A stretch of DNA of 64,000 nt from Nymphaea colorata (taxonomy: Eukaryota), in assembly GCF_008831285.2 (NCBI RefSeq), contig NC_045138.2:10540001-10604000 (forward strand), given 5' to 3'. The translations under genes were made by a program, and so were the position numbers. Below are positions 62,633 through 64,000 of the stretch, one piece after another. The first letter of the stretch is position 1. Every line of letters begins with the position of its first letter. A model generated the notes under the pieces. The model was not told the DNA's origin and did not search any database. It worked only from the letters and a program-made list of their open reading frames with translations.

Positions 62633-62870
62633 CACTACAATGAAAACTGGGTTTTTACTGGCGCATGGAAAAAGTCATGTCAGTAAACATTCATTTATCT
62701 TTACTGACATGTAATAGATCACCATCACTGAAAACTTCTTTCCTTTTTAGCATTCATATAAGAAGCTTCCAGTGGTGAAATTGCTTACCAGTATAAGTCT
62801 ATTGTGGTAAAAATAGTCAATGATGCATTTAAAGCATCAGTGAAGGTCAATCGTTACTGACAATGCTTAA
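62633..62870 (+). mobile_element. Probable CACTA transposon terminus remnant
   Basis: CACTACAA followed by direct and inverted subterminal repeats (TTACTGAC/GTCAGTAA, CACTGA/TCAGTG); no partner end seen. Confidence 0.55.
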
Positions 62871-64000
62871 CTAATTATTTAACTTAGCTTAAAGTATGAA
62901 CTAAACTAACTGAAATATGCAAATAAGTATTAATATATTATAAATACACATGCTACTAAGAAGAACAAAGTATAACTAGATAATACTATTATTGCATTTA
63001 AACTAATACTAAGCTATAAGATATGTTATCCTACCTAATAGTTAAGTAACTTGCTTGAAAATAATAGAATATAACTCCATTCTAACTGGAAATTAACAAC
63101 CTAATTTAACTTATAGCTAATATAAAAATAGAAGGAAACAAAGGTTAAAATTCCCCAAAGTGGGGCCTGCCTAGGTTAGCTTCAATGAAAGAACCCAAGT
63201 GAGAATGCGTCAAGCTTGTTACCACTTAAGGTTAATCTAATGATAAACTATGTAAAATACTAAGCTAACTAAAAAGAAATTAATATAGGAAGAACAATTA
63301 CCTATTGTGGGAAGTAAAGTGATCTAGACTTAAATTCTTTCAAGCTAATCCTAATGAAGTATAGATAATGACCAAATTACAATCCTAACCGAATCCTACG
63401 GTTTAGGAAACTAACCCAAGGAGAAAACCTACCTAAAATTAGTTTATGAAGACCTAAACAAAAGACTCAAAATAATCCCAACATAGCTGCCAGTGTTAAG
63501 ATCTACTTTTTAGAACTAAACCCTTAAGATTAATTTACCACAATTTGAAAATTTCTAAATTAAATATTTGTAGCTAGGTAATAATTGGTATTTTAATATC
63601 TGGAGACTTTGCTCAAAATTTCATCAAGGTTAATACCAAGGTTCAACGAAAAAGAAAGGGTAACCTAAGGCCGGAAGTTTCTCCATGGAACATGCTAGCT
63701 TCTATTTCCTACACTAGAAAAAACACACAATCAAATTAACTAAAAACCCTAATTAACAGTAAAAAACTTCCCAAAACTAATGAAACTTTGCAAGAAGCAA
63801 GTATTAACCTATCTACAACTATGCCGAAAATCAAAAGCAAGAAGACAACACTAGAAAATAAAAGCTAGTTGTTTGGTGTCTTTTCGGAAGCTGCTAGTCC
63901 ATACTAACACAAATCTAACCTAAAAAAGGTACCTAATTATAAATACCACCACAATCTATAATATAGTAGCTTGAATGCATGTTTAATTACTTAACTAGGA

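Noticed and set aside
60560..64000. Possible further LTR/PBS remnants (e.g. GATACCA at ~61380)
   Set aside because: AT-rich and too degraded to delimit; no coding motifs seen.

Overview
Plant (angiosperm-type) nuclear DNA. The first ~22 kb holds two convergent genes: an intronless, plastid-targeted riboflavin synthase CDS (+, 800-1603) and a five-exon Ser/Thr protein phosphatase 7 (-, 21927-8770). PP7's 7.35-kb third intron contains a decayed Ty3/Gypsy element plus several hAT-type MITEs, one of which carries a perfect 66-bp-stem hairpin. From ~23 kb to the end is a nested transposon cluster: a decayed LINE (-), a decayed Copia (+) interrupted by a LINE fragment (+), an older degenerate chromoviral (Tekay/Del-like) Gypsy (+, 31730-53682), a young intact 10.9-kb related Gypsy (-, 40921-51844) inserted in the older one's 3' LTR, a decayed Copia (-) and a probable CACTA end. 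I found no clearly new biological system. The best leads are the intronic hairpin, the intact element, and splice-like architecture in the Gypsy leaders/LTRs. All alignments and counts were done by eye.
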